Below, in pieces: positions 26,692-39,959 of a stretch of DNA of 64,000 nucleotides. Source of the stretch: Octopus vulgaris (taxonomy: Eukaryota); contig OX597820.1 in the NCBI GenBank assembly GCA_951406725.2, positions 126,418,001 through 126,482,000 of the forward strand, written 5' to 3'. Position 1 is the first letter of the stretch; every line of letters starts with the position of its first letter. Below the pieces are notes generated by a model, which saw nothing but the letters and a program-made list of their open reading frames with translations, was not told where the DNA came from and did not search any database. Made by a program: the position numbers and the translations under genes.

Positions 26692-27779
26692 GATTCTATG
26701 TTGAATTAATCGCGGCCCTAACGCTGACAGACGAACCGGAAAGTGTTGCCGTTGCGCCATTGATACCTGCGCTGTACTGATTAAAACCTAAGCTACATCC
26801 CGCAATTTTAATTTTACGGCAGCACACTATAAATATACTTTGGTATTTTGAATATTTTTAGTTTTCATGTGTCTGGTTTAAAAATAATACTAGACGGCCT
26901 GTCTTTACAGAAAAGCTGGAGGAGAAATAAATACTCTACATGCTAACAAATATTATACGTGGGTATTTTTATTTAAACTACAGTTTGATGCTAATTTCGT
27001 GAGAATTGATAACCTCTTTTGTACACAGCATCACCTCATATTTCAAATATCACAACATATTTCAAAGGTTGTGCTTCGTAACGCTACTGCAATTGATAGC
27101 AACCCGATATATAATATTACAATATACAAAAGTATATTGAAGCTTTTGTATCTTCAAAATATGGTCGAAAATTTCGATAGTGGCGTAGTTTTGTGAAAGA
27201 TAATACGTTTACTTCAAGCTTCTTCAAGCTTCTTCAAGCTTCTTCAAGGCGTGGTTGCCTCAAATTTCAACAAATTATGCGTTCATACGCGGTAAAGTAT
27301 AGTTAAAACAGTATACAATGGCAACAATATCCGATACATTAATATACATTAAGATCAGTATACGATGCCATCAATATGTTATATCCAGACTGGACCGGCA
27401 TAAATATAGAAATATCAAAAATCTAGCTGACCTTCAATTCATTTACACATTTCAACACACGACATTGGTGAAACATTCTCATCTGAACAACAAATCATTC
27501 TCCAGAGACAAACTCGGAGAGCCTGAAGTTAAGGGTTCGATACCACACCGTAGCACCTTAAGCAAATGCCATTTACTCTAACCATTTATATAAGTTATAT
27601 GGTGTAAAACTAGTTTCTTCTTTAATTAGGACAAATATAGGTAAAAACTTATTCCTAGACCTGATAGATTAACCTTTTCCTGATAGCCATAGATATAAAA
27701 AATCTGTAATAGATGTTCCATGCAAATTTCCTACAGCAGCGGCCGTAATATGAAAAACATCATTTCACGTATATCAATT

Positions 27780-28520
27780 AAGATGTTCACTCCAGATTGA
27801 AACTAGGATTTCATATACACGCTCAGTAGACCAAACATGCAAGGTTAGCTCAGTGGAGATCACCTCCGATCTGCCATTTAAAATAACCGAAAGAAAAAGT
27901 ATTGGACTATACGAAAGTGACTTGAAAAACACAAAGCTAGCATACCATATCTGGAAGCTGAAGGACAGCTGTATATTAGACACCATTAAGTGAAGCATCG
28001 AAGGAAGGTCTGGGCCACACATCAACGGGTCAAAAGTGTGTATTCTGTATAGACTAAAAGCACATACCCTTATTAGATTGAAAAACAGGGCCTATTTTCA
28101 AATCTCGAGGTCAAAATTCTCTATAAGACCAAAACATCTCGACCACACAGTTAGACACACAGTTTAGCACACTTTCGCCCTTCCACCGTCCCACTAGCTC
28201 CACTTAGCAATTTTGTTTTAGTTGACAACACTTTGTTAAGACATATTAATCACATTAATAATATTCTTCATTTAATGGGTTAAAAGGACATAACCTAGAT
28301 TCCACGAATGGAATTTATCACAGTTCCTTTGGAACATTTCTTAACGTTTCTGTTTTTTTTTTTTTTTGCTTTTTTTCTCGTTATTTTTATTTTTCTTGCG
28401 TTTCCTTACTGAGTAGCCATATTATTTGAGCCTGGACGATTGCCATGTCTTGCAACTCATGCTATAAACGCCCTTCCGATTACTGTACTATCAAAGCCTG
28501 AAACTTAAAGTATCTTATGT
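27780..28520 (+). mobile_element. Decayed Penelope-like element 3' part (GIY-YIG C-terminus and tail)
   Basis: NTKLAYHIWKLKD...IK*SI....P..NGSKVCIL resembles the PLE T.LS.HIW.LK...IKW.I...C.LC motif. The tail has GACGATTGCC...TGAAACTTAAAGTA. Confidence 0.6.
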
Positions 28521-28583
28521 ATAACCCCTGTATATGTGTGTATCTGTGTTTGTGTTTATGCATGTATATATATATATATACAT

Positions 28584-28621
<38 letters not shown>

Positions 28622-28626
28622 GCATA

Positions 28627-28857
28627 AGGCGGCGAGGCTGGCAGAAACGTTAGCGCGCCGAGCGAAATGCTTAGCCGTATTTCGTCTGTCGTTACGTTCT
28701 GAGTTGTTCAAATTCCGCCTAGGTCGACTTTGCCTTTCATCCTTTCGGGATCGATAAATAAAGTACCAGTTTCGCACTGGGGTCGATGTAATCGACTTAA
28801 TCCGGATGTCCTTGTTTGTCCCCTGTGTTTAGCCCATTGTAGGTAGTAAAGAAATAT
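28627..28857 (+). mobile_element. tRNA-derived SINE family A with Tx1-like tail. Other tailed copies at 41119-41533, 42396-42627, 48940-49172, 56211-56442, 62594-62825 and 63794-64000
   Basis: GGCGGCGAGCTGGCAGAAACGTTAGC head and GTTTAGCCCCTTGTGGG(T/C)A(G/A)TAAAGAAATA tail; several copies have 12-18 bp TSDs. Confidence 0.85.
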
Positions 28858-28943
28858 ATATATATATATGTGTGTGTATGTGCGTGTGTTTATGCATTTA
28901 GCGATATATGTGTGTATGTGTGTATATGTGTGTGCGTTTATGC

Positions 28944-28978
<35 letters not shown>

Positions 28979-29013
28979 CGTGTGTGTGGAGGTGAAACAC
29001 AATGAGGTCATAC

Positions 29014-29176
29014 CAGGTAAGGTAGCGACCATCGGTGGGGATGTTTTTCTTTAAGGCTCTCAAATCTTTAAAGATGTCAAGGGAAGAGAGTAAGTTAACT
29101 AAAAACGGAACCTGGTCCCAACTCTTAACAGTGTAATTAGTAAAAATTAGCCACGCCCAATGCGACGATATTAAAT
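29014..29176 (-). CDS. Candidate exon of the minus-strand gene
   Basis: tattcag|AT...CTG|gtatga with open frame DLISSHWAWLIFTNYTVKSWDQVPFLVNLLSSLDIFKDLRALKKNIPTDGRYLT in non-repetitive sequence. Confidence 0.4.
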
Positions 29177-29935
29177 CTGAATAATATTGCACTCGTAAAC
29201 AGCCCCCTCTATCTGCTTCTCCTTCTCTTTCTTTCCTCTCCCTTTCCTATTTCTTCCCTCCCTCCCTCCCTCCCTCCCTTTCTCCCTCTTTCCTTCTTCT
29301 TGTGAGTATGGTTGTCTTTGTATGTGTATGCATCTGTGTGTGTGTGTGTGTGCGCACGCGTGTTCGTGTGTGCGTATGTGTGTGTGTGTGCTTGTGTGTG
29401 TCTATGTGTGTTCAAATTCAGTTTCTAAATTGGGATTCGGTTTTGAAACGAAGGAAGAAGATCCGTCATTAAAATTTCCTTATCAATATAACACTATGGC
29501 TGAGACAAAGACAAACCATAATTCACTTAACAGATTATATATATTAATTATATATAATATTTAACCAAAACTATTCGCAAACATCGAAATATATTAACGG
29601 TCAGCGATACATCGGAATTTGATTGGGAAAATTTGTCGGGAAAACCGTTAGAAAATGTCTCACACTCATGTAGTCAATTGTCAAGCACAGATCATGGAAT
29701 ATTTTCAGACGAAAACAAATGATGTTTTCCTATTTTCAGTGTAATGTGTACGAACCACACACAAACCAGGTGAGTGGTTCACAGTTAATGAAGTGTTTAT
29801 AAATAACTGAATGTTTATTTTTTTTTACTTTTTAGGTATATGAGTATCTAATGGGTTATACAAACCCCATTATACAAAAAAGTTACTATTTTCTTCTCCC
29901 TGATTGTAGGTTATGCTATATGTATGAGTCTATGC

Positions 29936-29981
<46 letters not shown>

Positions 29982-30104
29982 AAATATGTATGTGTGTACG
30001 GATTCAATTACACATACATTACTGCAGTGAGTACATGGGTCATTTGATTACTTCATTCGTCAATGGCTCACAAACTTAAAATAATTAATTGATAATTGTC
30101 TTAC

Positions 30105-30221
30105 AGTGCTCTGTGATACGGTATCATAGGCGTGAGGATTGTAATACGACTGTAACAGTTTTTCTTGCAGTTCTCGGTTCGTCATCTGCTGTTGGTAAAG
30201 AAGCAGTTTCAGTTCGTTGAT
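30105..30221 (-). CDS. Exon of uncharacterised minus-strand gene (phase 0-0)
   Basis: ctttctttacag|ATC...ACT|gtaaga, encoding INELKLLLYQQQMTNRELQEKLLQ (coiled-coil-like); phase matches the previous exon. Confidence 0.72.
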
Positions 30222-30259
30222 CTGTAAAGAAAGCAGAATATAGTAGTAGGAGTAGTAGC

Positions 30260-30302
<43 letters not shown>

Positions 30303-30620
30303 ATTAAAAAAATCAAATAGCACTCAATGCATAATGTAGAATTTATATCTCTTATTAACAATTTGTAATCACTCAACTCTCATTACACGATGCATAAAAT
30401 ACATGTATGATTGATGAGGCAAGAATTAGAGAATGGTAGTCCTTTAAATCCAAATCCTTTACATGATGACGAAATTCATCAGTAGTATCTTAACAACTAC
30501 ATTTGTTTCAAGTTAGACATCCATGAATACCGAGTTACGTACATAGGTTAAAAAAATTGTGCATATTCGAGTATTATATTTTATGATTATGCGTTGCCAC
30601 AAAATCGGTTGATTACTTAC

Positions 30621-30730
30621 TTTCTGTTCCTTTTCCATAACAACCGAAAACATCTTTTCTTCGTTATAGAATTTATCTATAAGAAAATGCAACCTTTTTG
30701 ATGGTACTGTCACCATTCCTTCTCTGCCCG
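30621..30730 (-). CDS. Exon of uncharacterised minus-strand gene (phase 1-0)
   Basis: gttttttag|CG...AAA|gtaagt, encoding GREGMVTVPSKRLHFLIDKFYNEEKMFSVVMEKEQK; phases match both neighbours. Confidence 0.72.
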
Positions 30731-30883
30731 CTAAAAAACAGGTGGGGAGAAGAAACAAAAACAATAGAAAGAAAAGCATATGTAAATTATGTCAGAAGAA
30801 ATTTAACAAGATGTCTACAATTTTGACAAATGTGTGACAATAATTTCAGAAGAAAAAAATACTGTGAAAAGGCTTGTTAAAAT

Positions 30884-30957
<74 letters not shown>

Positions 30958-31011
30958 CGTGTGCGTGCGTGTTTATTACTCTTAGCCTTGCCAAATGATC
31001 AGAATACATTT

Positions 31012-31048
31012 CACTGATGAGGCCTAGTAAAGGCTGAAACACGTTTGC
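31012..31048 (+). ncRNA. Truncated hammerhead-like motif
   Basis: CTGATGA-GGCCT-agtaa-AGGCT-GAAA-CACGT. Stem II is good but the 3' strand of helix I is largely missing. Confidence 0.4.
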
Positions 31049-31360
31049 TCTTCAACAGTTGGCTTTATTACAATCTGTATTATCAATATCAAATGTTCGA
31101 TCAACTCATCATATCGGAGTCATTTCCCTCGCTTGTTTTTTGGGGGTTTTTTTGGGGGGGTGAATCAAAAAGAGGTAGATTTTGTATACTATACATAGGT
31201 GTAGGAGTGGCTGTGTGGTAAGTAGCTTGCTTACGAACCACATTGTTCCGGGTTCAGTCCCACCGCGTGGCACCTTGGGCAAGTGTCTTCTACTATAGCC
31301 TCGGGCTGACCAATGCCTTGTGAGTGGGTTTGGTAGACGGAAACTGGAAGAAGCCCATCG

Positions 31361-31391
<31 letters not shown>

Positions 31392-32187
31392 GTACGTGTG
31401 TGTATATGTTTGTGTGTCTGTGTTTGTCCCCCCAACATGGCTTGACAACCGATGCTGGTGTGTTTACGTCCCTGTAACTTAGCGGTTCGGCAAAATAGAC
31501 CGATGGAATAAGTACTAGGCTTCCAAAGAATAAGTCCCGGGGTCCTGGGGTCGATTTGCTCGACTAAAGGCGGTGCTCCAGCATGGCTGCAGTCAAATGA
31601 CTGGAACAAGTAAAAGAGTAAAAAGAGTAAAAAGAGTAAAAAGAGTAAAGAGTAATTTCTCTGATATTCTCAGCTGATCGAAGCTTTTCAACTTACTACA
31701 TACAAAAAGAGACAACACAATGGAAAACTAAAAATGCAACACCTCCAGAATATGGCACTGTGCCTCTGTTGGATCGCACAGTGAGGTCCTCTATTGATTA
31801 AGCGGTGCATGGTAATTTGCTACCCTGTATATATGGATCATAGTGAAGGAGCGTGACTTAGTGGTTAGGGTGTTCAGCTCATGATCTTAAGACACTTTAT
31901 GAGAAAGACCCTTTATTTCACGTTGCTCCAGTCCACTCAGCTGGCAAAAATGAGTTGTACCAGTAATCCAAAGGGCCAACCTTGTCACATTCTGTGTCAT
32001 GCTGAATCTCCCTGAGAACAACGTTAAGGGTACGCATGTCCGTGGAGTGCTCAGTCGCTTGCACGTTCATTCCAGGAGCTGGGTTTTTTCCATTGATCGA
32101 ATCAACTGGAACACTGGTCGTCGTAACCGACTGAGTTCCAGGCCATGTATGGATCACGGGACTTTGTTCAACTAACACAACATAACA

Positions 32188-34228
32188 ACAACAAGAGCTT
32201 TCAGAGAGCGCAAACCTCCGCCAAGGCAACACCAACGTCCTCTCAGCGATTAGCAAGAGATGATTTTTAAAATGAGAATATCTGGAATAAACTCAACTGC
32301 TCTCACAAACGAATATACTAAAAATGAACCCGACCTCTCTCAAAAATTAAGTAAAAAAAAACAGAAAAATAACCCAGAATCCTTGTCCGGTACCGATCGA
32401 TCCCAAAGCCGAATCAGTGCGTGCGAGTAGGTAGTAATTTTGTTCTTGGTACTTTTTGTCTGTTGAATTGCTTTTGTGAAGTTTTAATTGTTGTGTGCTG
32501 CTTTATAGCAGCTGTTCGTGCTTTCTCTCATTGAGAGTTGGAAATGGCTAACAAAAGAAATTTGTTTTACTCAGACCTTAGCGGGTCGGAGTTGTCAGCA
32601 TCTGAGGATGAACTATTAAAGGTTATTGATGATATGGAAAAGGAATTGGAAGGAAGAAAGAGGAAGTTTGCGGACGTCGCCCGAGAGTCGGATGACAATG
32701 TTGAGATAGAAATAGGTAAATACAAGAAACTATTAAGTCGGGACGGTTAAAACGCGCAAGTAACCCCCACCGCATGAAACAACAAAAATAATGAAAAGTA
32801 GAACGGTGATGTACAAGACCTACTCGGTTAAGAAAGGTAAAATTGACCGTATGGCAACAGAGCAAATAGAGAAGGTGCTGAGGCCAGTCTGGCAAGAAAT
32901 AACATACCTTGCCAGAGGGGCTAAATTTGGAGAAGTCGAAGTCAGATATAAAAACGAAAATACGGCGAGAAGACATGCGGCAACACCACTAAGAGACGAA
33001 GAGCTAGTACTTCTACCCACGTACCTGGGACTGAGAGCGTCTCGGGTAAGGGTAGAAGGAACTCCACCGGAGATAGATGTGGCCTGGATAGCGGCCGCTA
33101 TCTTGGCTGAAACTGAGGACAAAATAGTGGTGCTCCAGGCCACAAAGACGAAAAGCGTTAATTGGAAAGGACAAGTTTTAAATATAATTCAAGGTTTGAA
33201 TGAGTCAATAGAAGAAATGGTGGAAACGGTAACTGTAAACGATACCATATTGAATGTAAGGGTGGAGGACAGAATACCTCGCCGTTTCAAATGTGGCCAG
33301 AAGGGCCACATAAGAGCGAAATGCCCTCCACCGGATAAAAGAGTGGAGGTATTACAAGAAGACCATAAAGAAAAGACACAAGAGAAGCCCCAGGAAGGAC
33401 GAGGGGAGGAAGAAACGGTTCCAGAAAAAGAGGAAGAATGGGAAAAATGGGAAAAAGAAAGAGAAGGAAGAGGAAGAAAACAAGTCCAGTACACACAGAA
33501 CTTCCCCCAACAAATACCCAAGGCCCACCCATACCCTCTTTGTCCCACCCTCGCCCTGCAGACACTAAGCCTTCCCATTCCCCTTCTTCACAAAACAAAA
33601 GAAAAGATCACACACACACAATGATCCACAAATATTCCCCTCCCTGTTTTGCATGTTTAATATATGATGATGACCTGTTTGAAAAGGTAATCAAATGGGA
33701 GAACACGGGTTTCTTTTATGTAGAGGATGAGGACGAAAATAACGAGGTGGTGATATTATTAACAGCAAAAGACGGAAGTAGAGAAGCACAACGGGGATTA
33801 TGAGCTGTGAAAGGTTGACTTGGACAAGGAAAGGCTTCCACGGAATATAGATTTCATAGAACTGAAAAAGAAGTATAAAATAGACAGAATGGAGAGCAGG
33901 AGAAAGGAAGCAACTAATGTTAGTTGATGGGGCAGTAACACTATTTTCATTTTTACAATTTTCATCTTACACTGTATCATACGTTTCATTTTATTTTATT
34001 TTTTTAAATTGTTGTATGTCCCTAATGTAATCTATGTCCCTTTATGTTGGCCCTTTATGGGTAATAAAAAACAGATCCCAAAATCTAATCAGTTCGTGCC
34101 CGTCACGAGGCGAAACATTCTTGGAAATTTCATCCGAATTTATCCAGAGTTTCTTGAGATATCTTTCCACGGACAAACAAACAAACACGATGAAAACAAT
34201 TCCACCGCCTTCGCTAAGGCGGAGGTAA
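32188..34228. mobile_element. Non-autonomous Helentron/HINE-like element split by a Tx1-derived insertion
   Basis: Subterminal ACCTCCGCC (~32214) is inverted relative to GGCGGAGGT (~34218-34226). There is a terminal hairpin CCGCCTT-cgct-AAGGCGG, and the sequence continues across the TSD. Confidence 0.5.
32425..34073 (+). mobile_element. ORF1-only non-autonomous Tx1-derived retroelement with 26-bp TSD
   Basis: ORFs 32538-32750 and 32791-33624 resemble ORF1 at 6337-7899 (QIEKVLRPVW, KFGEVEVRY, PTYLG, degenerate knuckle RFKCGQKGHIRAKC). No ORF2 is present. The tail is GGCCCTTTATGGGTAATAAA. TSD 32399-32424 versus 34074-34099 has 4 mismatches. Confidence 0.8.
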
Positions 34229-34281
34229 TAACGATAAAATGTTATAGTCATTAGAATAGATGGATACTAAGAAGTAATACT

Positions 34282-34560
34282 CATCGGAATGGTTAGGGTA
34301 CTAAACAAGACGAGGACGTTGTCTCCACGGTGGGATTTAAGGACAGAAGCAAGAGAGGAGGGTGAGATAAGTGCGCTTCTAAATAGAATATTGAATTATA
34401 ACTTATTCGTACTCTGCAGGAGTATTGAGTATCTGCAGAAGTATTGAGAGGGGGATACTCAGGTGGTCGGTTTTGATATCCTTTCTTTTTTTTTTCCATG
34501 ACCGTAAATTGAGTTGGACATTGGCTCAGCATCGACGAAGGCAACGGAGAGGTCGATGAG
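34282..34560. repeat. Local direct duplication; partner at ~35395-35640
   Basis: CATCGGAATGGTTAG...GAGTATCTGCAG...GATACTCAGGTGGTCGGTTTTGATATC...GCTCAGCATCGACGAAGGCAACGGAGAGGT occurs twice. Confidence 0.85.
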
Positions 34561-34647
34561 GAAAATGATGACGATGATGATGATGACGATGACGGCAGTG
34601 GTTGCTGCTGCTCTTATTGCTACTGCTGCTTGTTTGTTTGTTTGTTG

Positions 34648-35004
34648 AGCGAAGCGGTCTTCGTCCTGTTGTGGGAGAAGTCCAAAATGTGGTCCTTTGC
34701 TATTCGTAAGACTCGCAGAAGAGAAAGCAGGTCAACCCCCGACACCGAGAGCATCGACGGATGGATGAATGCGCATCCAGGCTCGGCGGTTGCGTAGGAA
34801 GTCGGGGACAAGAAACAGGAAGAAAGAGTGAGAGAAAGTTGGAGCGAAAGAGTACAACAGGGGTCGCTACCACCCCCTGCCGGAGCCTCGTGGAGCTTTT
34901 AGGTGTTTTCGCTCAATAAACACTCACAAAGCCCTGTCTGGGAATCGAAACCGCGATCCTCCGACCGCGAGTCCGCTGCCCTAACCACTGGGCCATTGCG
35001 CCTC
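34648..35004 (-). mobile_element. tRNA-derived SINE family D. Other copies at ~38427-38570 (+, partial) and ~40416-40777 (+)
   Basis: GCAATGGCCCAGTGGTTAGGGCAGCGGACTCGCGGTCGGAG..GGTTTCGATTCCCAGAC head. The bodies are highly similar and every copy abuts (CAG/CAA)n. Confidence 0.8.
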
Positions 35005-35144
35005 CTGCTGCTGCTGCTGTTGCTGCAGGTGACGAGGACGTTGACGTGATGCATGATGGTAACGATGGTGATACTTTTACTACTTAATAATGAGAATGGT
35101 GCCAACATAATTTGACCAAACCAACTGGATGAACAAATGTGATG

Positions 35145-35175
<31 letters not shown>

Positions 35176-35267
35176 CGTCATCCAATTTCATATAATTACA
35201 TGTAACTTAATTGCTAACGCACAACTCACATCCTACAATAACATATAAATGCCACTTAAGGACTTAC

Positions 35268-35379
35268 CATGCATTTGCTTGTTGATAGACGAAACCATGT
35301 CTTTCCTTAATTTAGAAATCTCAGAATACAGCCTGTTCTTTAGCTTCGACCATTCACGTTCTTTTTCAATTAGACATTC
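35268..35379 (-). CDS. Exon of uncharacterised minus-strand gene (phase 0-1)
   Basis: actttgcag|GAA...CATG|gtaagt, encoding ECLIEKEREWSKLKNRLYSEISKLRKDMVSSINKQMH. Confidence 0.75.
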
Positions 35380-35939
35380 CTGCAAAGTATATACCATCGG
35401 AATGGTTAGAGAGCTAAACACGATGAGGATATTGTCTCTTCGGGGGATTCAAGGACAGAAGCAAGAGAAAAGGAGAGATAAGTGCGCTTCTAAGTACACG
35501 AACTCTGAGTATCTGCAGGATTATTGAGAGGGGGGTACTCAGGTGGTCGGTTTTGATATCTTTTCTTTTTTTTCTAGGACCGTAAATTCAGTTGGACATT
35601 AGCTCAGCATCGACGAAGGCAACGGAGAGGTGATGATGAGGATGATGGTGATGATGATGATGATGGTGGTGGCAGTAGCGGCAGTGGTGGTAGTGATGGT
35701 GGTGGTGTGATTTCAACGGAAATCTTATAAACTGACAAGGCGAGCTGAGTTTAGCCCTAGGCGCGATGGGAGTCACCGATGAGCATTAAGATGCGTGAGC
35801 ATCAAAATACGGAATCATCTGGCTTTATCTGCTGCCGTAGGGAGCTTGCCTCCCTTGTCAGTCACTAAGATAGTGCTTCGGACTGGAATCCCCATCGCCG
35901 TAAGCGACGGAGAGCCAGTTTATCTATATATATATAAAG

Positions 35940-35977
35940 CTGTCCGACGAACGGGAACATGAAACTCCGAGTAACAG
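35940..35977 (+). ncRNA. Degenerate minimal hammerhead-like motif between (TA)n runs
   Basis: CTGT-CCGACGA-ACGGGAACAT-GAAA-CTCCGAG-TA-ACAG. Helices I and III and a GUA site are present; the core has U4C. Confidence 0.5.
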
Positions 35978-36080
35978 GTTTTGTTGAATTTCTGCTACTT
36001 TTAAATAAAGTATATTACTCTACCCCTGGTATTTGAGTACTCTTTTTGCCCAACTTGTTTCCCATTTATGCGTTTACTCC

Positions 36081-36154
<74 letters not shown>

Positions 36155-36270
36155 CGAGTAGCTGCACAGTGTAACCGAACGCAGAACGATGAAGCCATGC
36201 TTCTACCCCAGTATTTTTACCATTTCCTCATTTTCTTTTCTTCTTGGAATTGAAGCTGAGTCATACTCAC

Positions 36271-36389
36271 CGTCATTCTGTGATTCTCTCTTCGGAAATA
36301 ATCAAGCATGAATTCTTTTGTCCGGAGTTCATCAATCAAAGCTTTCGAGTGAATTGTGGCCGTGTCGTAACCGATTTGATAACCGGTGG
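36271..36389 (-). CDS. Exon of uncharacterised minus-strand gene (phase 1-0)
   Basis: cttgctacag|CC...ACG|gtgagt, encoding TGYQIGYDTATIHSKALIDELRTKEFMLDYFRRENHRMT; this is the only open frame. Confidence 0.75.
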
Positions 36390-37164
36390 CTGTAGCAAGT
36401 ATTGAAATCAAATTATTTTATTTTATTGCCAAAAAAAAAAACTCGAAAAAATAATAATAATAATAATAAAACAAAATGTTGACATTTATTTATTTTGTTT
36501 TATCATATATTCTTATTCTTCTTTTAATAAGTATATTACCAGTTTTGTGAATGGTGATGATGATGACGACGATGATGACGAAGACGTCATCATGATGTTG
36601 ACGGTAGAGGTCGTTGTGGTGGTGGTGGTGGTGGTGGTGGTGGTGGTGTGTGTTGTGGTAGTGGTGTGAGGTAGGGTGGAAGTGGGGGTGGAAGTGGTGG
36701 TGGTGGTGGTGTGTTGTGGTAGTGGTGGTTGTGGTGGTGGTGTGTGTGTTGCGGTAGTGGTGTGAGGTAGGGTGGAAGTGGGTGTGGAAGTGGTGGTGGT
36801 GGTGGAAGTGGTGATAATGGTGGTGGTGGTGGTGGTAAGGCGGTGTGCTGGCAGAGTCGTTAACACGTCGAGCAAAATGCTTAGCGACATTTCGTTCATC
36901 TTTTACGTTCTGAGTTCAAAGGACGACGACGACGACGATGACACAAAGACGGCGATGATGATGATGATGATGATTATGGTAATATTGATATTGAGGTTGA
37001 CAATGACGATGATTACAACGAAGATGATAGCGACAGAGACGATGACAGCGACGACGGTGATGATACGACGACGATGACGACGATGATGATGAGGAGGAGG
37101 AGGAAGATGATGATGATGACATTGATGGTGATGATGATGCCATCGAAAAATTCCGATAACGAAC

Positions 37165-38065
37165 CAGCAGTACATTTCATCATTCTATAATGTTCCTTCA
37201 ATTCCTTGCAGAGAAAAGTAGAAATTCCTTCGATTTTGTTCTGTCGTTCTTTGGTGTTGTCTACTGAGTTCTGCTCGTTGGAATCTGGAACGTCCGATGA
37301 TAAAGATGCTTCCACGATTTCCGTCATGATCCGATGATGTACGTCTGTCTCTTTCTTCCGGCACAGATTTTCGACCTCCAACAGGAATTTATTGCGATCT
37401 TTCTCGTATGTACAACTGTCTATATAATCGGATTTGAGTAATGAATTAGGTCTCCGATAGAAAACTTCGTGAAGGTATGAGGATTCTGAGTGAGACCGCA
37501 AGAAAGACGGAGCCACACTAATCTGTTTCCGCTTTAGATGGCCACCCAGCAATATGAACGGGTTTTGATGTAGTTGATGACTAACTTGTGTAGAAGATTT
37601 ATCAGAATTCTCTGAATTACATTCTTTTTTGCTTCTTTCAAAAGAAAATTTATGGTTCTGTATTGGATTGTATGTTGAAATGTCTTCGTCTAATATTGGT
37701 GCACTTTGAAAAGAAGGCGACCTAAACATGGACTCATGTCGGTGATTGCCAGAGTTTAGGACGTAAGGGAAATCATACTTTAAACATCTATCCATTTCTT
37801 CGTAGCTGTTTTCAGTCTCAGCGTCTGAAGAGTTCTCATCACTTACCTGACAAATTTTATCATCAAGAGAATCTTCACTCGATTGATCGATCGTATTTAA
37901 TTGTAATTCAGAAGAAGACTGGATGTTCGTAGATTTTAACACAATTTTATCTAAAATATGTTCTACAAAAGAGGCAGCAAAACTAGACAAGTCTGTATTT
38001 GATGAACTTGTCTGTAGTGGAGATTCTTTGCACATTGAGAAATGAGTCTTTTCCGAAGACGACAT
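37165..38065 (-). CDS. Large first coding exon of uncharacterised minus-strand gene (Ser/Glu-rich, ~300 aa)
   Basis: Long non-repetitive ORF. First ATG is at 38065, after an in-frame stop at 38153-38155. Candidate phase-1 donor G|gttcgt at 37165 (alternative at 37174). An upstream acceptor ctgctag| at ~38261 suggests a spliced 5' UTR. Confidence 0.68.
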
Positions 38066-38640
38066 TCTTTGTGCACTTATAGTTCTGGTTTCTTCGCTTT
38101 GAACACAACGGTCGCCAGAACCAACCAAAATATGCCGAGTTATATCAATAATTTAAACATCAAAAGCAAGAAAAATGTTCGGGCGTTTTATTTGCGCTGC
38201 TTCAACGCCGAAGTTTCGCACGCTGCCTGCGGAAGAGTTCCGACGTTAGTCACGAGGGATCTAGCAGAGTATTATAAAGAAATTTGACATGCTTTTTGAA
38301 ACAAAGCATGGCTGTATGATTGATAAAAGAAAAGTTGCTTCTGAACCAATGGGTTTTAGGTTCAGTCCTGCTATAAGGTAACTTGAGTAACACAAACAAC
38401 AGCAGCAGCAGCAGCAGCAGTGGATACGCAATGGCCCAGTGGTTAGGGCAGCGGACTCGTGGTTTCGATTCCCAGACCGGGCGTTGTGAGTGTTTATTGA
38501 GCGAAAACACCTAAAGCTCCACGAGGCTCCAGCAGGGGGGGGGCGATCCCTGCTGTACACTTTCGCTCTTTCTATGATAGCCTTGAATTTGTCAATATCT
38601 GATGAGTAAAATACAGTAAGCAGAAACTCTGTGTGTGTGT

Positions 38641-38679
<39 letters not shown>

Positions 38680-38701
38680 TGAGTGTGTGCGTGCGTTGTT
38701 A

Positions 38702-39145
<444 letters not shown>

Positions 39146-39959
39146 AATATTTTTTTTTATGAATTAAGGTTAAGGGGAAATTGAAATTCAGTTTTAAAAT
39201 AATTGTAAAAATATAATCAAAATAATTTTATTGAATTCTGATTCGAGTCATAATTTTAATTTCGGTTCTTCTCAATTTCAATAACACATACTCTCTTTAC
39301 TCTCTCTTTTACTTGTTTCAGTCATTTGACTGCGGCCATGCTGGAGCACCACCTTTAGTCGACCCCTGGACTTATTCTTTGTAAGCCCAGTACTTATTCT
39401 ATCGGTCTCTTTTTGCCGAACCGCTAAGTGACGGGGACGTAAACACACCAACATCGGTTGTCAAGCAATGCTAGGGGGACAAACACAGACACAAACATAC
39501 ATACACATATATATATATATATACAAATATACGACGGGCTTCTTTCAGTTTCCGACTACCAAATCCACTCACAAGGCTTTGGTCGGCTCGAAGCTATAGT
39601 AGAAGACACTTGCCCAAGATGCCACGCAGTGGGACTGAACCCAGAACCATGTGGTTGGTAAGCAAGCTACTTACCACACAGCCACTCCTGCGCCTATCAA
39701 ACAACAAAAACAGCAACAAGATATCGAGTAAAACCACCAGTGAAATTCATATGAAACAAAAAAAAATGTATGTCTTCATTACATGTAATAGCTGTGATGG
39801 AACGACCGATTTCACGTTCCTTTTTGAAAATGAGGCGTAAAAGCATTCCACAACTCTTCCTTTTCTATGAGAAATTTAATCTACATATTCTAAAGCTGAC
39901 TGCCAGTTGCCTGCAGATTCTTATTCCTGGCGAGAGGTACATCCACCAACGTTTACTTT

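Noticed and set aside
34940-35004. tRNA-like sequences at SINE heads
   Set aside because: They are always attached to SINE bodies with imperfect cloverleafs, so they are not called as tRNA genes.
36221-36270. Extension of the exon to the ATG|gtaaaa donor at 36221
   Set aside because: It gives phase 2 and a stop early in the next exon, whereas ACG|gtgagt at 36271 fits.
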